A DNA stretch of 64,000 bases, from the NCBI GenBank assembly GCA_000934665.2, contig KZ538276.1, forward strand, positions 1-64,000. The letters are read 5' to 3'. Positions 50,490 to 63,503 of the stretch are shown here, in pieces; positions within the stretch are counted from its first letter, which is position 1; each line of letters starts with the position of its first letter. The position numbers and the translations under genes are program-made. The notes under the pieces are model-generated. The model had not been told where the DNA came from, did not search any database, and saw nothing but the letters and a program-made list of their open reading frames with translations. This DNA comes from Catajapyx aquilonaris. Its lineage: Eukaryota.

Positions 50490-51280
50490 GTTTCCATATG
50501 CCAGAAATCACTCCGAATCACCACATTCTATGGTGAAGTGGTCTTTCTGTAGGCTAGAAATCACTTCAGATCACCACCTCCTGATAGTGACACTGTCTTT
50601 CCCTGTGCCAGTCTGCAAGACCATAGAATGTGGTGATCTGGAGTGATTTCTGGCATATGGAAAGAATATGCTGAGAAATCACTCCAGATCACCACCTTCT
50701 GATAGTGAAGCGGTATTTTAATAGACCAGAAATCACTCCAGATCACCACCTTCTGATAGTGAAGCGGTATTTTAATAGGTCAGAAATCACTCCAGATCAC
50801 ACAGTCTTGCGCTCAATAAGCTATGGGGACGTTGAAAACTCCCCTTTTCGAAGCTAGTGTAAACTAACCTAACCTGACCTGACCTAACCTAACCTAACCT
50901 AACCTAACCTGACCTAACCTAACCTGACCTAACCTGCCCTACCCTAACTAGCCTAGGCTGAGAAAAATGGACTTTTGTGAAACCCTGCAAATGGAAATTG
51001 TGGGGACATGTCCCCACTATAACGGTAACGTTCTGGTGTGTGAAGATATGGGGACCCAAAAGTCCCCACAAGAGAAATTGTGAGGACAGTAGTCCCCACA
51101 GTTACAGTAAAAACACATACTTCCGGTCACACAGCAGCTTATTGAAGACAAGAACAACATATCTTGAAAGTGAAGCGGTCTTTCCCTGTGCCAGAAATCA
51201 CTTCAGATCACCACATTCTGATAGTCAATCTGTCTTTTTCCCTATGGCAAAAATCACACGGATGACCACGTTCTAAGTAT
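50490..51280. repeat. ~55-bp satellite (aatcactccagatcaccaccttctgatagtgaagcggt...) with one inverted unit and an inserted element
   Basis: Direct repeats; tttccatatgccagaaatcactcc (~50492) pairs with ggagtgatttctggcatatggaaa (50640). Confidence 0.8.
50800..51120. mobile_element. Non-autonomous element with internal (CCTAA)n and tggggac/gtccccac subterminal repeats
   Basis: (aacct)n at 50865-50950; tggggac three times and gtccccac three times in opposing orientation; it interrupts the satellite. Confidence 0.5.
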
Positions 51281-51392
51281 TTTCAAACACCTCTGACCAT
51301 ATTTGATATTTGTGCCTAAAAATTACTGGTAGTGTCTGTCAGAAAATATCTGACCAGGGCGTTTAGCAAATTGCTTCCTTGTCTGAGAAAAG

Positions 51393-51462
51393 CCATGACC
51401 GAGGATCGAACCTGCCACCTCCTGAACGGGGCAGAAGACACTAATTACCACGTCCTGCTCTC
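51393..51462 (-). mobile_element. Degenerate tRNA-like SINE head
   Basis: Minus strand has B box GGTTCGATCC preceded by a weak A-box-like CGTGGTAATTAG. Confidence 0.3.
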
Positions 51463-52199
51463 ACCAGTTGGCGCAACTTCTGCCGCAAAAGAACGAGGTC
51501 AAAGAGGGTCAAAGATCTTAGAAAAAAAAATATCTCTCTCGTAGTTTCTTGCTCTAGCTCTCCGGTTCCATTCCCACCCTCCTATCCTACTTTTTATCAT
51601 CTCTTGCCTTTCCCTTTTGGCTCCTCCTGTGAGCAAGTTTGGCGGGTCGATGTGGATTAGCTGGAGGGCCCAGATAGAATTCCGGCTCGTTTACAGCGGA
51701 GAAACACTCCGGAGATACCCCCACATCTACGCCAGAGTATCTTAAGGCTGCCTGTCGCTACCAATTTTCCCCTAGGGACATTCCAACTTTCCTCACGCAT
51801 CGAAAGAACAAGTGAATTGGGGAGGGGGGTAGGGAGGAGGAAGGAAGGTTTTTAAAAACATAGATCTCCCCCCTCTAGCTAGATGGGGGAAGGAGGAAGA
51901 GGGGGAGAAAAATATAAGTCTTCTTTGGAGTGTTGTCTTACGAAAAATCTAGACATGATAATTCCATTTGGGTCCTAGGAGGATTAAATTGTTTGCTAGG
52001 CTTCAGATTCATTCCAGAGGGTTTTGTAAGGGTCTTTTCCATATGATGGGAATTACAATGGTTGGGCTGGCTCCAATGTGGTCCTTTCCAAGTGACTTCT
52101 GATGGACACAGTCGTGGTAGTTCATTCAGAAGTTGACCACATTCTGGTGTCTTCAAGTGGTCTTTCCGAGGGGTACGACATTCGAAGATTTTTGTACGA

Positions 52200-52720
52200 G
52201 ATCACATTATTCAAATTGGATTTAAATGGCGATTCACTGATTCAGGAGGAGATTCATTGATTCAAACCAATTCATTGATTCATTGATTCGGAATGATTCA
52301 CTGATTCAAGTACTGATTCAGTGGTGCAGAAGGTTTGAACTCTGATTCAGCGATTCAAATGGCGATTCACTGATTCAGAGGAGATTCATTGATTCACTGA
52401 TGCGAGTACTGATTCAGTTATGCAGGAGACGATTCACTGAAGCATATGGTGATCCAGTAATATTCAGAGTGATTCACTGATTCAGTGGTGCAAAAGGTTT
52501 GAATCATTGAATCACCTTGTGATTCACTAATTCATTTGGACTGCATAAGAGATATTTGTACGAGATTCAACGGATCACATGATTCAACACTGATACGGTG
52601 GTACACTGATTCAAGTGATGATTCACTGATTCAAGTACTGATGTAACGGTGCGAAGTTTGAATCACTGGATCACCATATGATACAGTAATTCAGACTTTG
52701 ATTCTATATTTAGACTGCTT
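52200..52720. repeat. gattca(c/t)tgattca-rich degenerate repeat
   Basis: Many gattcactgattca units with short inverted tgaatca units. Confidence 0.8.
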
Positions 52721-53729
52721 AGGAGCTTCAGACGCAGTCGGACCCCTATACGGTCTTTCAGTATCTTATAAATTATTCCTTCGCACATTCTGATTGTTCT
52801 TTCCACACACTTTCAAACACATATTCCTGTGTGCGTACAGTTCCAGTTGAGAGTATTCTATACTGTGGTTAAGTTCATGCCCCAGAAATTGCCTCACATA
52901 TTGTGCTGTGGTCATTCCATGTGCCAGAAATTACTCGGCTTCACCACATATTTTGCATAGTGGTTCAAAATTATTCCATTCTGGTCCACATACTATCATA
53001 TGCCAGAATTTAACCCCCGCCCCCTCCCCCGCCCATACGATGCAGACGTCTGTAAGTAGCAGCCAGCAGTTTCCATAGCCAATACTTCCTAAAACTACAG
53101 GCCTACAGGACACGGCTAATTAACTCATTAATTTCCCTTCCTAAACTTAACATCAACCCAGGCGATTGAACCTGAGATCGACCGGTCCATGTAAAACCTG
53201 TAACAATTTTAAGGCAAGTCTGCAAAAACCCCAGTCGTTGAATACGACAGCCAATAGAAATAAAATCTAATCTTTTACACCACTTTTTTTTGTCTACTAG
53301 AATTCCAATCATGACTAGACAACTTGTGGTGGAGAAAACGAACGCGATAAAAATTTGTCTCCTTTGAAATCTTACAGAGATCGATGACTCGCTCTAAACT
53401 TTTTCTCGCCTCGCTTTTTCCACCCCCCCCCCCCTCCTCTCTCTCTCTCGCGAATGGAGAACAAGCGTTAAAAAGCCATGAAAGCGAGAGAATAAGGCCT
53501 GGCTTTTATTGCCCTCCGCTCGCCCATCACTCCTGTCATTGATTATTATTGAAATCGCTTCCACCACCACCACCACCCTACCTTTTACGAGACTTTATCG
53601 CCGCTCATGAACCAATCGTTATTTTACGCCCCTTTAGCACCTAATTGTCGAGGCACATTTTGCCTTTCTTCTGGGGACCGATTCATGAGTAATGGCTGCT
53701 TTTCTAGTAGTAGAGAAGTTATGGCTCAC

Positions 53730-53920
53730 CCTGTAGGTGTCGTACTCGTTTGGCCGGATGGACAACGAGAGCCTGGTTCTGGAAGAGTCTTCGTCCTGAG
53801 ACGGTTGTAGACCACCGGAGCTGTCTCTGGAGCAGAGAGGGATACACTCGGGACTCACGGGGAATTCCCGTTCTCGAAGGCAGACATCGCCGTTGCGCTG
53901 CAGGCTCGGGCTTGCCTCTT
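53730..53920 (-). CDS. Sidestep-like cytoplasmic exon (EEASPSLQRNGDVCLREREFPVSPECIPLCSRDSSGGLQPSQDEDSSRTRLSLSIRPNEYDTYR)
   Basis: Acceptor gtaccgtttcag| in phase 1, open frame, donor AGG|gtgagc in phase 0. It links the TM exon to the terminal exon in frame. Confidence 0.8.
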
Positions 53921-53989
53921 CTGAAACGGTACATTGCTTCATGAGACTCGAACATTAGAACATGTTTCACTATACTACAATACAATGTG

Positions 53990-54477
53990 TAGCTTGAGTT
54001 TCTCCCATGACCCCAAATCGCTATGCCGGCGGTAGCTTCGTCTACCCAAGCCGTACAGGTCTTTGGGGGTAGGAAACAGACTCTTCGTTTTTGTCCTCAT
54101 CTGTCCCACCTTTGTGTCTTCTTATAGGCTAAACTGTAAACCGAAAAAAATACCACAAAGCATTAAAAGAGCATCAAAAGAGCATCACCCATAGAAAAAC
54201 AATTGATAATGCTCTTGTGATGCTCTTGTAATTTTTTTTGCTAAAGCATTTAAAAAACCATTACAAGAGCATCACAATAGCATTAAAGAGCATTCACTGT
54301 CGATGTTCCATGCGAGACTGAGTATTGATGCTCTTGTAATGTTTTTTGTTGCTGAAAATCCACGAAAACATTGAAAGTAAAAAGAGCATTACAAGAGCAT
54401 TAAAAATTGATACTCTTTCAATGTTTTGCAGTTTGCAGTGTAGATAGCCATTGGTCTTCCTACTAATAAACCTAAAC
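53990..54477 (+). mobile_element. Second, 5'-truncated copy of the RTE-5'-like retroposon, interrupted at 54132-54440
   Basis: gtttctcccatgaccccaaatcgctatgccggcggta...acccaagccgtacaggtc...; the tail gatagccat...taataaacctaaac resumes after the insertion. Confidence 0.7.
54132..54440. mobile_element. CACTG-type (EnSpm/CMC) MITE
   Basis: TA|(A)ACTGTAAAC ... GTTTGCAGTG|TA with aagagcat/atgctctt subterminal repeats; removing it restores the retroposon. Confidence 0.7.
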
Positions 54478-55124
54478 AGTCTACATATCATGGACCTGAA
54501 ACCGAGCAATGTGCTGTAAAATCCTACTTACGCACAAAACAATCTACTTTACATAAGTACTCGCAATTGATTAAAAAAACTGATGTGGATATACCAAGTG
54601 GCATTTATAATCCGACAGTGTGTGTGTATTTATTTCCCCGCTTGAGCGCGAGTTCAAAACGCAAATAATTACACAATTACGCACCATGTACCCTTTTATG
54701 TACAAAAGAATTTGACTATAATAACTTCCTATCAGGCCTGGAATTTACCCAACCACAATATGCAGATTCATAATTGCCCTTGTTTTGCCGTCTCATTTGT
54801 TCCAAAAATTGAGGGCCCCGCTGGTTTAACGCTTGGTCTAACTCCTGGGGCCGGAAATTGCTGCAAGGATTATTTGGCCCGCAATATGTGTGGCCATCAC
54901 TTAACGCCAAGGCCACCCCCCCCCCCTCCCCTACAGCATGCCCTTTGATGTGTTATCTCATCAAAGGGAGAGCTTCAAAATGAATGTCAGATGAATGTAA
55001 ACTGGGGGGCCGGGTTGAAACAGCCCACCTTTTATTCCTTCACACTCACCCTGATTAATCCTCGTAGTGAAAGACATCGTAAACCAATAGTATCTTGCAA
55101 ACTGTATTAAGGTAGGACATTTAA

Positions 55125-55890
55125 CAGGTCATGTGTACAGTGCACGGGAGATCACTTGGCGGATAGCCTGGTAAGGAGAGAGCCGCCCAAACACTGTGTG
55201 ACCCCCCCCCCCCCCCGCGGTCCTATGTAGTTAGTTTCAATAAAATGAGCTGTGTAACTACAACAGGGTTTTTTGAAGCAAGTGGAAAGGGTGTCCGTCT
55301 CTTAAAAGAAATTTCCAGAGGCCCTACTCGAACGGGACCAATTGGGCAGAGCAAATGGGACACTTCCAACCATCTCTTTAGGGTCTTCTCCAAGACGTTT
55401 TCTCCAACATCTCACCCCACCCTTCACCCTTTGCGCCACTTCACCCCCTCACCCCTCTCCCCAAACCTCCATCTCCACCACCTCGCTTTCCCACCTGGCG
55501 ATCGATGCTAGGAAAGACCTTCCTACAACCGAATATTCCAACCGGTTGTAGCTCAGCAACAATTTTAGCAAACATTCCAATGTAGAGTGCACTAGAAGAA
55601 ATGGACATATTGGGATAACCTCGTAAGGAGAGAGCCGCCGTCCGGCGCAGTCGGTCTCAATAAAATGAGCTAACTAAAACAGGTTTTGAACAGGTTTTTT
55701 CTCAGCAACATTTCTTTTTGAAGCACTTCCTGCATGTTACTGTACTCCAGGTCATGTGTATACTGTAGTGTACGGGAAGAAACGGGCATTTAGGCCGATA
55801 ACCTCGTAAGGAGCGACCCGCCAAAATTTGCCTGACCGTCCAGTGTAGTCGGTTTCAATCAAATGAGCTAACTAAAACAGGTTTTTGAAC
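55125..55890 (+). repeat. Three diverged copies of a ~140-bp repeat
   Basis: gata.cct.gtaaggag.ga...cgcc...gt.g.t.tcaat.aaatgagct..aacta.aacagg at ~55160, 55613 and 55796. Confidence 0.75.
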
Positions 55891-56982
55891 CAACCATTCG
55901 ATGTTATCGCTCAGGGGGGAAAAAACGACACTTTGTCTCAAACTCGCAGGGGCAGAACAGGCTCTAAATAGTTTACTAGTGGCTTTTTCTTCCTTCGTAA
56001 ATAAATGATTGCGAGTTTTCTGAGGCTACAGAAAGAGAGAGAACCGGGTCCTGTAATAAAACCCCATCCATCTCGGTTTACTCGGTTCGATCAACTTTAA
56101 CGCTTGTATACAGCAGGATTAAGAATGAATAAAAAAATAGGATGGGGTTACGGGCCACCCTCTAGGGCCAAGAGAGGTTGTAAATTATTCAGGGCGTAAT
56201 CAGAGCTAAAATCCGTTACGAGAGGAGGGGTTTCCAGGAGATGGGCGAATAGGGCTCGTTGCAGTGGTCATTTAGGGGCCAAAAGAGGAGATTGCCCTTT
56301 CCTTGCAAGACCACACAGCGTCCGCAAACAGCAGGGGAAAAAAACCCGGTTTTTGTATTCAGGACAGGAGTGCTTGTCAGGTGTATGAAACCGGTATGAA
56401 TCATAAATAGAGTTTTACATAAGTTAACTGTCTTAGTACATAACAGTCAAAATTGTTTGAAAGACAGCAACAAAATCATGTCGACAATGGGAAGGTTTGC
56501 TAGACACTGCGGCCCCCGTAACGGTCATGTAACTGGGCTCCAATTAGGCCGGACTAACCAGTCCAAATGCAGCATAAACAAAGGGAAATGGCAACACTAT
56601 TGCGCAAAATGTTGGGGAAAATTGCGACAATTCGTTAGCCAATAAGGTTATGCAAACATTTGATATTGCCCCAGCAGGCCGGACAGGCTAGCAGCGTTCG
56701 TCGGAAAGTGAGCTGAAGTTGCTATTTTTTAACAAATCAAACAAGTCGCTGCTTGTGAAATATAACGGATTTAAATATGACGCATCCTCAATGGTACATA
56801 TAAAATTGTATCGATGTATCACACCTTTCTTTTTTACATGTCCTATGGTCGTAAATTAAACACATTTGTCGACTCCGCTGAGGCGTGATTGCCCTCCTCA
56901 GATGGGAATATGGCTCTGCTGCTAGATAGCTATTGATACTTCTAGAGCATGCAGGTCATACATGAAGATAAAATGAGATTAC

Positions 56983-57327
56983 CGTAACGGGCTGGTATGA
57001 CGTCGGGATCTCCTCGGTCCTCCAGCTCCAGAGCTGTTGCGGTTCCGCACGTGGCCGCGCCTCCAGACGCGGATCCATTCCCCTTGACCAAAGGGTAGGA
57101 CAGGACACAGTGTTGCTCGTAGGACACGTCCCTCAAATGAAACTTCTTCTTCTTCTCGTCTCCAGCACCAGCCTGGAAGAAGTCGCAGGCGCCATCTCCG
57201 CTTCGCCTGCGGTCTCGGCTGCGGTTCCGCACGGTCAGGACCACCAAAAGCACCACTGACACCATGGCAACGCCGCAGCCGATCAAAACCGCCAGCAAAG
57301 ATTGGAAGCCCAACCCGGATTCGGATG
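56983..57327 (-). CDS. Sidestep-like exon with transmembrane helix and juxtamembrane tail (ASESGLGFQSLLAVLIGCGVAMVSVVLLVVLTVRNRSRDRRR...EDRGDPDVIPARY)
   Basis: Acceptor ttcctgccattacag|, phase 1 matching the previous exon. Hydrophobic stretch followed by a basic stop-transfer cluster and a DPDVIP motif; donor G|gtaatc. Confidence 0.92.
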
Positions 57328-58704
57328 CTGTAATGGCAGGAAATTGAAACGGTGGGGAGGGGGGAGTTTTTTTTTTGCGGGGGAAGGAGGAGATAGTGTG
57401 GCTTCCGATGGCGGTTAAATTTCACAAAAAAAAATATGCTCCGATTGTTGCTAATGGCAGACGCGCATTAAACAGGGAGCAAATATGTCGAATCATTTGA
57501 CTAAGAGATAATTGCCTTTAACACTCATCGATATTCTACTAAATGCAAAATCGTCCGCCAGGATCGCCACACAATTGAGCAGCGCCGAACGGGTGAGGCT
57601 TACTGGCCACCTCAGATAAGGCTGCGGTAGGATCTTAGATCGATCATAGCTCGAAAACTAATACGTATTTCTTCAAACAAAAAGAACACCAAACGATATT
57701 TTACATGGGTTTTCAGGATAGGACCCTATTTATTACATAAACTCTATCATAAAGCACCAGTTTCTAACGTTATCTCTTCTTTAAATTTTTCCCTCCCTTT
57801 TTCCCTAAAGATTCTCAGCAACTGCAATACGGGTGAGATGAAGATCCGCTAAATCCTAGATAAGAGAAGCCGAGAGGATGTGGCGAGATAGGTCGTCTTG
57901 AGAGAAAACCTAGATGGGGGAAGATGGGTAGGGTAGGGTGTGTGGAGGGGGGGAGGGGGGTAGAGTGTGCCATCATCCATCATCTAGCATAATTTCCATC
58001 CCATGAAAGTCAACTAGAGTCTGAAGTAGGCTGGACTAGACTGTCTCCTCCCTTCGGTATGGATGGCATGAGACCCATTTTCCTCCTCCTTCTCCTTATA
58101 TATTTTTTTTCTGCCTCCATCTTCTTATTCTGGAACCATCTCTTCTCCCTACCTAGACCCCCTTCGTATGAAATTTTTGCCACTCATGACTGACTTTGAC
58201 AGGTAATTTTGTCACTTTTCATGGATTTTTTCTCTCTCTTCAATTCCATATTTTTTTTGGAGAAGGAAAGGACAGGCTTTGCCTCAAGCTCTAAACCTTT
58301 CATTTCACAGTCAAGAGTCGATCTACTCCTTTTATGCAAACACAATATAGCAAATCTTTCTCTATGTGGCTGCCGAAGCACCCGAGGAAGCTTGAATATA
58401 ACCACTAGAAAAACCTGGATCCGAATATAGATGTATGGAATCTCTCTAAAAATATTTTTGGACCGAATATCATCAACATATGTTCCACAGTATTCTCTGG
58501 ATATTCGCTCGTAAGTGTGGATGTTCGGAATAATACTGTGCTCATAGTTTAAAAAACCGTGGTTTTGATTTGAGGTTAGATTTGGTAAGGTAAATGCTTT
58601 CAATTTCACGCATGCTTCGACTTCACCAACCGAGTCGTGATGGCCACCTCAGCATAGCCCATGGTCTTAGAATACTAAGGTCTGGACACTCCCTCTTATC
58701 GCCT

Positions 58705-59076
58705 CTCACCTGAGAGCGCCATGAGACCTTTCACGGTGCTATTATGTGGCGACCCTATCGGACTACGCTGAACTTTATAGGTATACACTACAAAAGGGAA
58801 GCGCTACATTGGGGGACCCAACATGGTCGCCGGTGGCCATGTTGGGCCCGCATGTAGCGTTTCCCTTTTGTACCTATCCTCCTGAGACCCCTAGTACAGC
58901 TTTCAATCACCTTTGTTTTTGTTTTTTTACGCGTTTGAGTTAGTCAGAAAGTGCTGGAAAAAACAAAGGTACAGTATACTGTACCAGGGGTCTCAGGAGG
59001 CTATAAAGTTCAGCGTAGTCCGGTAGGGTCGCCACATAATACAGCAGTGAAAGGTCTCATGGCGCTCTCAGGTGAG
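58705..59076. mobile_element. Fold-back element containing a nested family T1 MITE
   Basis: ctcacctgagagcgccatgagacctttcac...aactttataggta pairs with tacc|TA..TA|taaagtt...gtgaaaggtctcatggcgctctcaggtgag; central hairpin at ~58789-58872. Confidence 0.85.
58877..59001. mobile_element. Family T1 MITE nested at a TA site
   Basis: Colinear with 24488-24613; the empty site can be read from the opposite palindrome arm, confirming a TA duplication. Confidence 0.88.
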
Positions 59077-61229
59077 CACCTCATGGAAAACGCCTCGGCA
59101 GGCGATAAGATAAGATTGTAGGGGAAGTGTCCGGGGGCTGGCCTAGCCTAACCCTATTTTGGGCGCCATTATCACCAACCCTCCTGTTCTCATAATAAAA
59201 ATTGTGGGTATGATTTGAGGTTGGATTGGGTAAGGTAAATCATCTACGGCCTTCAATTCCACGCATGAGTCGACTCCGCTAACCGAGGCGTAATGGCCAC
59301 CTCAGCATAACCTAACCCTATTTTTGGGCGTCATCATCACCAACCCCATTCCATTCACGTATCAATAGTGAAACATGGCTTGAAAACTCTTTTTGGAGAA
59401 AATCCGCTACAAAATTGATTTCTTGGTGAGCTAGACTTGGTGGTGGGAGGAGAAGCGGGGAGGGGAAAAAAAAAGCCGAAGCATGTAATCATCGAAGGAA
59501 AAAATCTTCTTCCGCTTGAAGTAAAGACAGAAGGCGGAATTGTAGGGAGCTTTACATCGGAATATCCGCTTCCTCACAGGAATGATGACCTCAAATTAGC
59601 ATCGATTAAGGGAACCATGTCTTTACCCGTTCACAAAAAAAAATCCAATTTTCCAATACTTATATGAAAAAATCGAAAATTGCATGTGTTTGCACATTAG
59701 AGTGCGAAAAAATGACACCTAATTTATATGGTAATTAATATATTTGCAACAACAGCTAAAAATCAAAGTTAGTCTTTTGTAGTCCCCCGGAATTCATAAT
59801 TAGCTGTTATTACCCCCCCTACAGCCGCTATTATTCCCATGAATAATTTCGATGTGCGCGCTTTATTTTAGCAATACAAATTTTGCGAAAACCCTATCAA
59901 AATTTATTAATCCCCTCTAGCCCGCAGATAAAAAAATATTGTGACCACTGAACACACAATTTTTTTTAAAAAACTGATTTTACAAAAAAAGAAAATTGCT
60001 GGCCCTAAAGGCACATCAAATTACCAGCTTTAGTAGAACTGATCGGAAAAATAGCTTTAAGTGATAGCTCCTCACGTGGATAACGTACGATAATATTTAC
60101 AGAGCGCGATAATACTCAGCAAACATCATTAGCTGCAAGAACTTTAGCTGCAGATGTATCGATTATTAGTTTTTTTTTCTGTGTCCAACCTAGCCAGTAA
60201 GATAGTGAAAAACAGTTATAACCTCATTTTTGGCCAACTTTTTTTTTCTTGTTTTTCGGGGAATTCCCTAAGCGTCTTTGGCATTAATCCAGACCTACAG
60301 AGTGCCCAATTCAGATTAAGACGTCAAACCCACAGCTTCACGTTTAAGTAGATTTCACTTAGAGTCTAAATGGTTTTTATTTTTTCGGTGGACATTAATC
60401 ACCCTGGTTCTAGACTCGAGAGCCCGGTTTTTGAAAGGTATAATCCCTCCAGATAAAAGGTAATGTCGCTTCCAGCTATTGACTTGGTTCTGGCACATTG
60501 TTGTAAAGCTTTAAAATAATTAGATTTCGTATGCAATGTAGAGGCTATAATTACCAAAAAGTGTGATGAGCTCTAATATTATTTTCGACAACTATTAGCC
60601 TATAGCTAATATCCACATAACTGATTATAACTATGAAGTTTATGACACAAAATTTTTTCACACACACAGAAAAAATTCCTGGCGGTGTTCTCCTAAAAAT
60701 TGAGCCATTGTTGGCTCCTAGTGTGTTAGAGAGTTGGGGTTGGGGGGGGGGGNNNNNNNNNNNNNNNNNNNNNNNNNNNNAGAATTTCGGATGGGGGAGT
60801 CCAAAATGAAGTGGCTTGGACCGATGACGCAATAAATTCCCTGGCTCTCTCTCGGAGGGCTATGGAAATGGGAGGAAAAGTGGGCTAGGAGGCTTTTGCA
60901 AATGTCCCCGGGCGGAAGAGACAAATCGACATGGCGGCTTTCCAAACTATTTGGGGCGGAAGTGGAAATGCGGATGGATGGCAGGTATTTTTTTTCCCCT
61001 CTCTCTCTCTTTCTCTCCAGTGAGGGGGAGAAGAGAAAGCAAAAATTCTACAAATTTTGAAAAATAGGGGTGGACAACCCTGAAGCTGAAACTAGTTTAT
61101 ATAAACGACCCCCAGGTCGTATTTGGGTGCGAAGAAATATATCACCAACTTACCAAGCTCAAACTGTATTGGATCGCCAAAAAAAAAAATCAATTCAAAT
61201 CAAAAAGCAAAAAAACTGTTGGTCCTAGC

Positions 61230-62100
61230 TCTTCGTCCAAAAATGCAAAAAACGACTAGTTTGACAAATATTTTTGTACAATTTTTGTGTTATGTGATCA
61301 CTCTTATGATGTTCCTGGTCCTCTAAAAACATTTCGTCCCATGAAATTTTGTCCGAAGAACCAAAAATTTCGTCCAAATATTTCGTTCAAAGAGGCATAA
61401 ATGACCAGCTCGTTTGACAAATATTTTTTGTCAAAAATGTTTGTCACTCTTTTGGGGTACCTTGTTCTCTAAAAACATTTCGCCCCAATGAAATTTCCTT
61501 CCGAAAAAACACTTTTCGTCTGAAAAAATTTCGTCCAAAGATACAGAAACTATCAGTATGTTTGACAATTTTTTTTTGTCAAATTTTGTGTGTGATGTAA
61601 TCACGCTTTTGGGGTTGCTGGTCCACGAAATACGATTTCGCCCCATGAAATTTCGTCCAAAGATGCATAAACGATCATTATGTTTGACAAAAATATTGCT
61701 GTCAAATTTTTGCGCTAGGTAATCACTCATTTGGAGTTCGTAGTGCCGCACTAGGAACTCCAAATGAGTGATTACCTAACGCAAAAATTTGCCACGAAAT
61801 TTTAATGGGGGACATTTTTAGTGCGGCACTAAAAATGTCCCCATTAAAATTTCGTCTGAAGAAATATTATCCACAATTTTTTTTTTGTCCAAAGATGCAT
61901 TAACTACAAGTATGTCCAACAAGTTTTTGTGTTATATAATCACCAGTTTGGGGTTCCTGGTCCACTAAAAAAAATCGTCCAAAAAGATATTTCGGCTAGC
62001 CTTTTCGTCCGAAAATGCAGAAACGACCAGGATGTCTGACAAATTTTTGATCAAATTTTTTTGTGCTATGTAATCACTCTTTTGGGATACCTGGTTCCCC
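61230..62100 (+). repeat. Degenerate satellite (tttcgtcc..aga...tgtttgacaa...gtaatcactcttttgggg)
   Basis: Motif recurs about 6 times with variable spacing. Confidence 0.75.
61703..61855. repeat. Two adjacent palindromes (44-bp and 30-bp arms) sharing the centre TAGTGCNGCACTA
   Basis: 61703-61791 (2 mismatches, loop c) and 61794-61855 (one 1-bp indel, loop g). Confidence 0.92.
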
Positions 62101-62332
62101 CCAGAAAATTTAGGTCACCCCCCCCCCCTCTTTTTTGGGGTGTCACAAAAGCAGGGGGTCTTGAATAATCTAACGGACCTGGGGAGTCGCCAAGTTTGCG
62201 CTTCGTAAGTACCTGGTTGAAGCGCCAGTCAATTACAACATGACTGACATTTTCAATTTTGCATGCGAAATTTTAATGAGGCTCCCGCTTCACAATGTGC
62301 GGCCGGAGCTAATTGTGTCTGAAATAATAATA

Positions 62333-63030
62333 CAGGGTGTTTTCTGATGCCGTCGGGGGGAATATTAGCATCGATACCGCACCAAGTCTTGAAGGGGTGG
62401 GATGGAATTGACGAGCGATTTTTTTTTGCGAAAAAGCATGTGCTGAAATTTGCAAAAATTATGTAGTTTTTTATGCCAAGTCTGACAACTTCGCAGTTTT
62501 CAGTATAGTTTAAAAAGTATTTAAAGAAAATCAAATTTGCTAATATTTTTTTTCAGTTCTGAAATATTTCTGTAAAATTTGCATTTCAAATGGCGCCCAA
62601 TCAGCGCTATCTGGCGGATAAATATTTTTGATCATCTGCCAGGACATTATTGTACTATCTAAATTATTACATTTTTACGCATGACTTTTTCAACACTTTT
62701 CTGTTTTCAAGATCATAGTTTAAGGACCAAAATTTTCAAATATTTTACTGTTTTGATGTAGGGTCAGAATGATTTTTTTTCTTGCAAATTTTTTACATTT
62801 AAATGAAAATGGCGCCCAACCAGCACCATCTGGCAGAGAAATATTGTTGGACATCTAACAGAACATTATTAGACTTTCTCAACAATAAGATTTTTCATCA
62901 AAAATTAGACATGTCACGGAGGAGTATTTTTGAGCATCTTCCTGAACATTATTGGACATTCTCAACAATAATATTTTTAAAACAAAAATTACACTATTTT
63001 CTTCAACGAAAGAACCTAGATACCCGTTAA
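62333..63030. mobile_element. Possible Tc1/mariner-derived fragment, one end only
   Basis: TA|CAGGGTG start; internal direct repeat aaatggcgcccaa.cagc.c.atctggc at ~62588 and ~62807; no matching right TIR found. Confidence 0.3.
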
Positions 63031-63348
63031 TCTAGACAGGCAACACGGAGGCTAAAACCAGACTTTACATTGTTAATCACCCAATTGCAGCACGTCATCA
63101 CCACCGAGGGAGTTAGCACTGCAAACCCGATGAAATTCAAGCCATTTTTTTTTTACCCTGATGCTCCAACAAAGCTGGCCTATCCATGACAGCCCTTTTA
63201 GTCTAATCAAAATTTGACAAACTCTCCTAAAAAAAATTAGAACCTGGAGGCTAATAAATATTGCAATATCTTCCATGGAAACGATGACAACATGACACAA
63301 ATTTCCTGCGATTCTCTCTGTGATTTTAAATAAGTGATGCGCTCTTAC

Positions 63349-63503
63349 CCGTCCTTTTCTCTGCATCTTGAAGGATAACATCCTCCAGGACCACAGGTTC
63401 GCTCCTCCCTTTGGCGTTCCTGGAGAAAAGCAGGATCCGGAGCGGTGTTCCGGGCTCCAACTCGCTCACGGAAAACACAGGGACTGAACTAGACACGTTG
63501 TAC
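63349..63503 (-). CDS. Sidestep-like exon, C-terminal half of FN3 domain (YNVSSSVPVFSVSELEPGTPLRILLFSRNAKGRSEPVVLEDVILQDAEKRT)
   Basis: Follows a 91-nt phase-2 intron (63504-63594) with acceptor ttttttttggcacag|; donor G|gtaaga. Contains the FN3 motifs LEPGT and NAKGRSEP. Not in the ORF track (no ATG). Confidence 0.93.

Noticed and set aside
59240..59309. Hammerhead-like CTGAGGTGGCC...GGCCGTAG on the minus strand
   Set aside because: Lacks the CUGANGA and GAAA core nucleotides, and the second copy lacks the closing stem.
60753..60780. N run (also single Ns at 7713 and 41571)
   Set aside because: Assembly gaps next to poly-G/C tracts; not biological.
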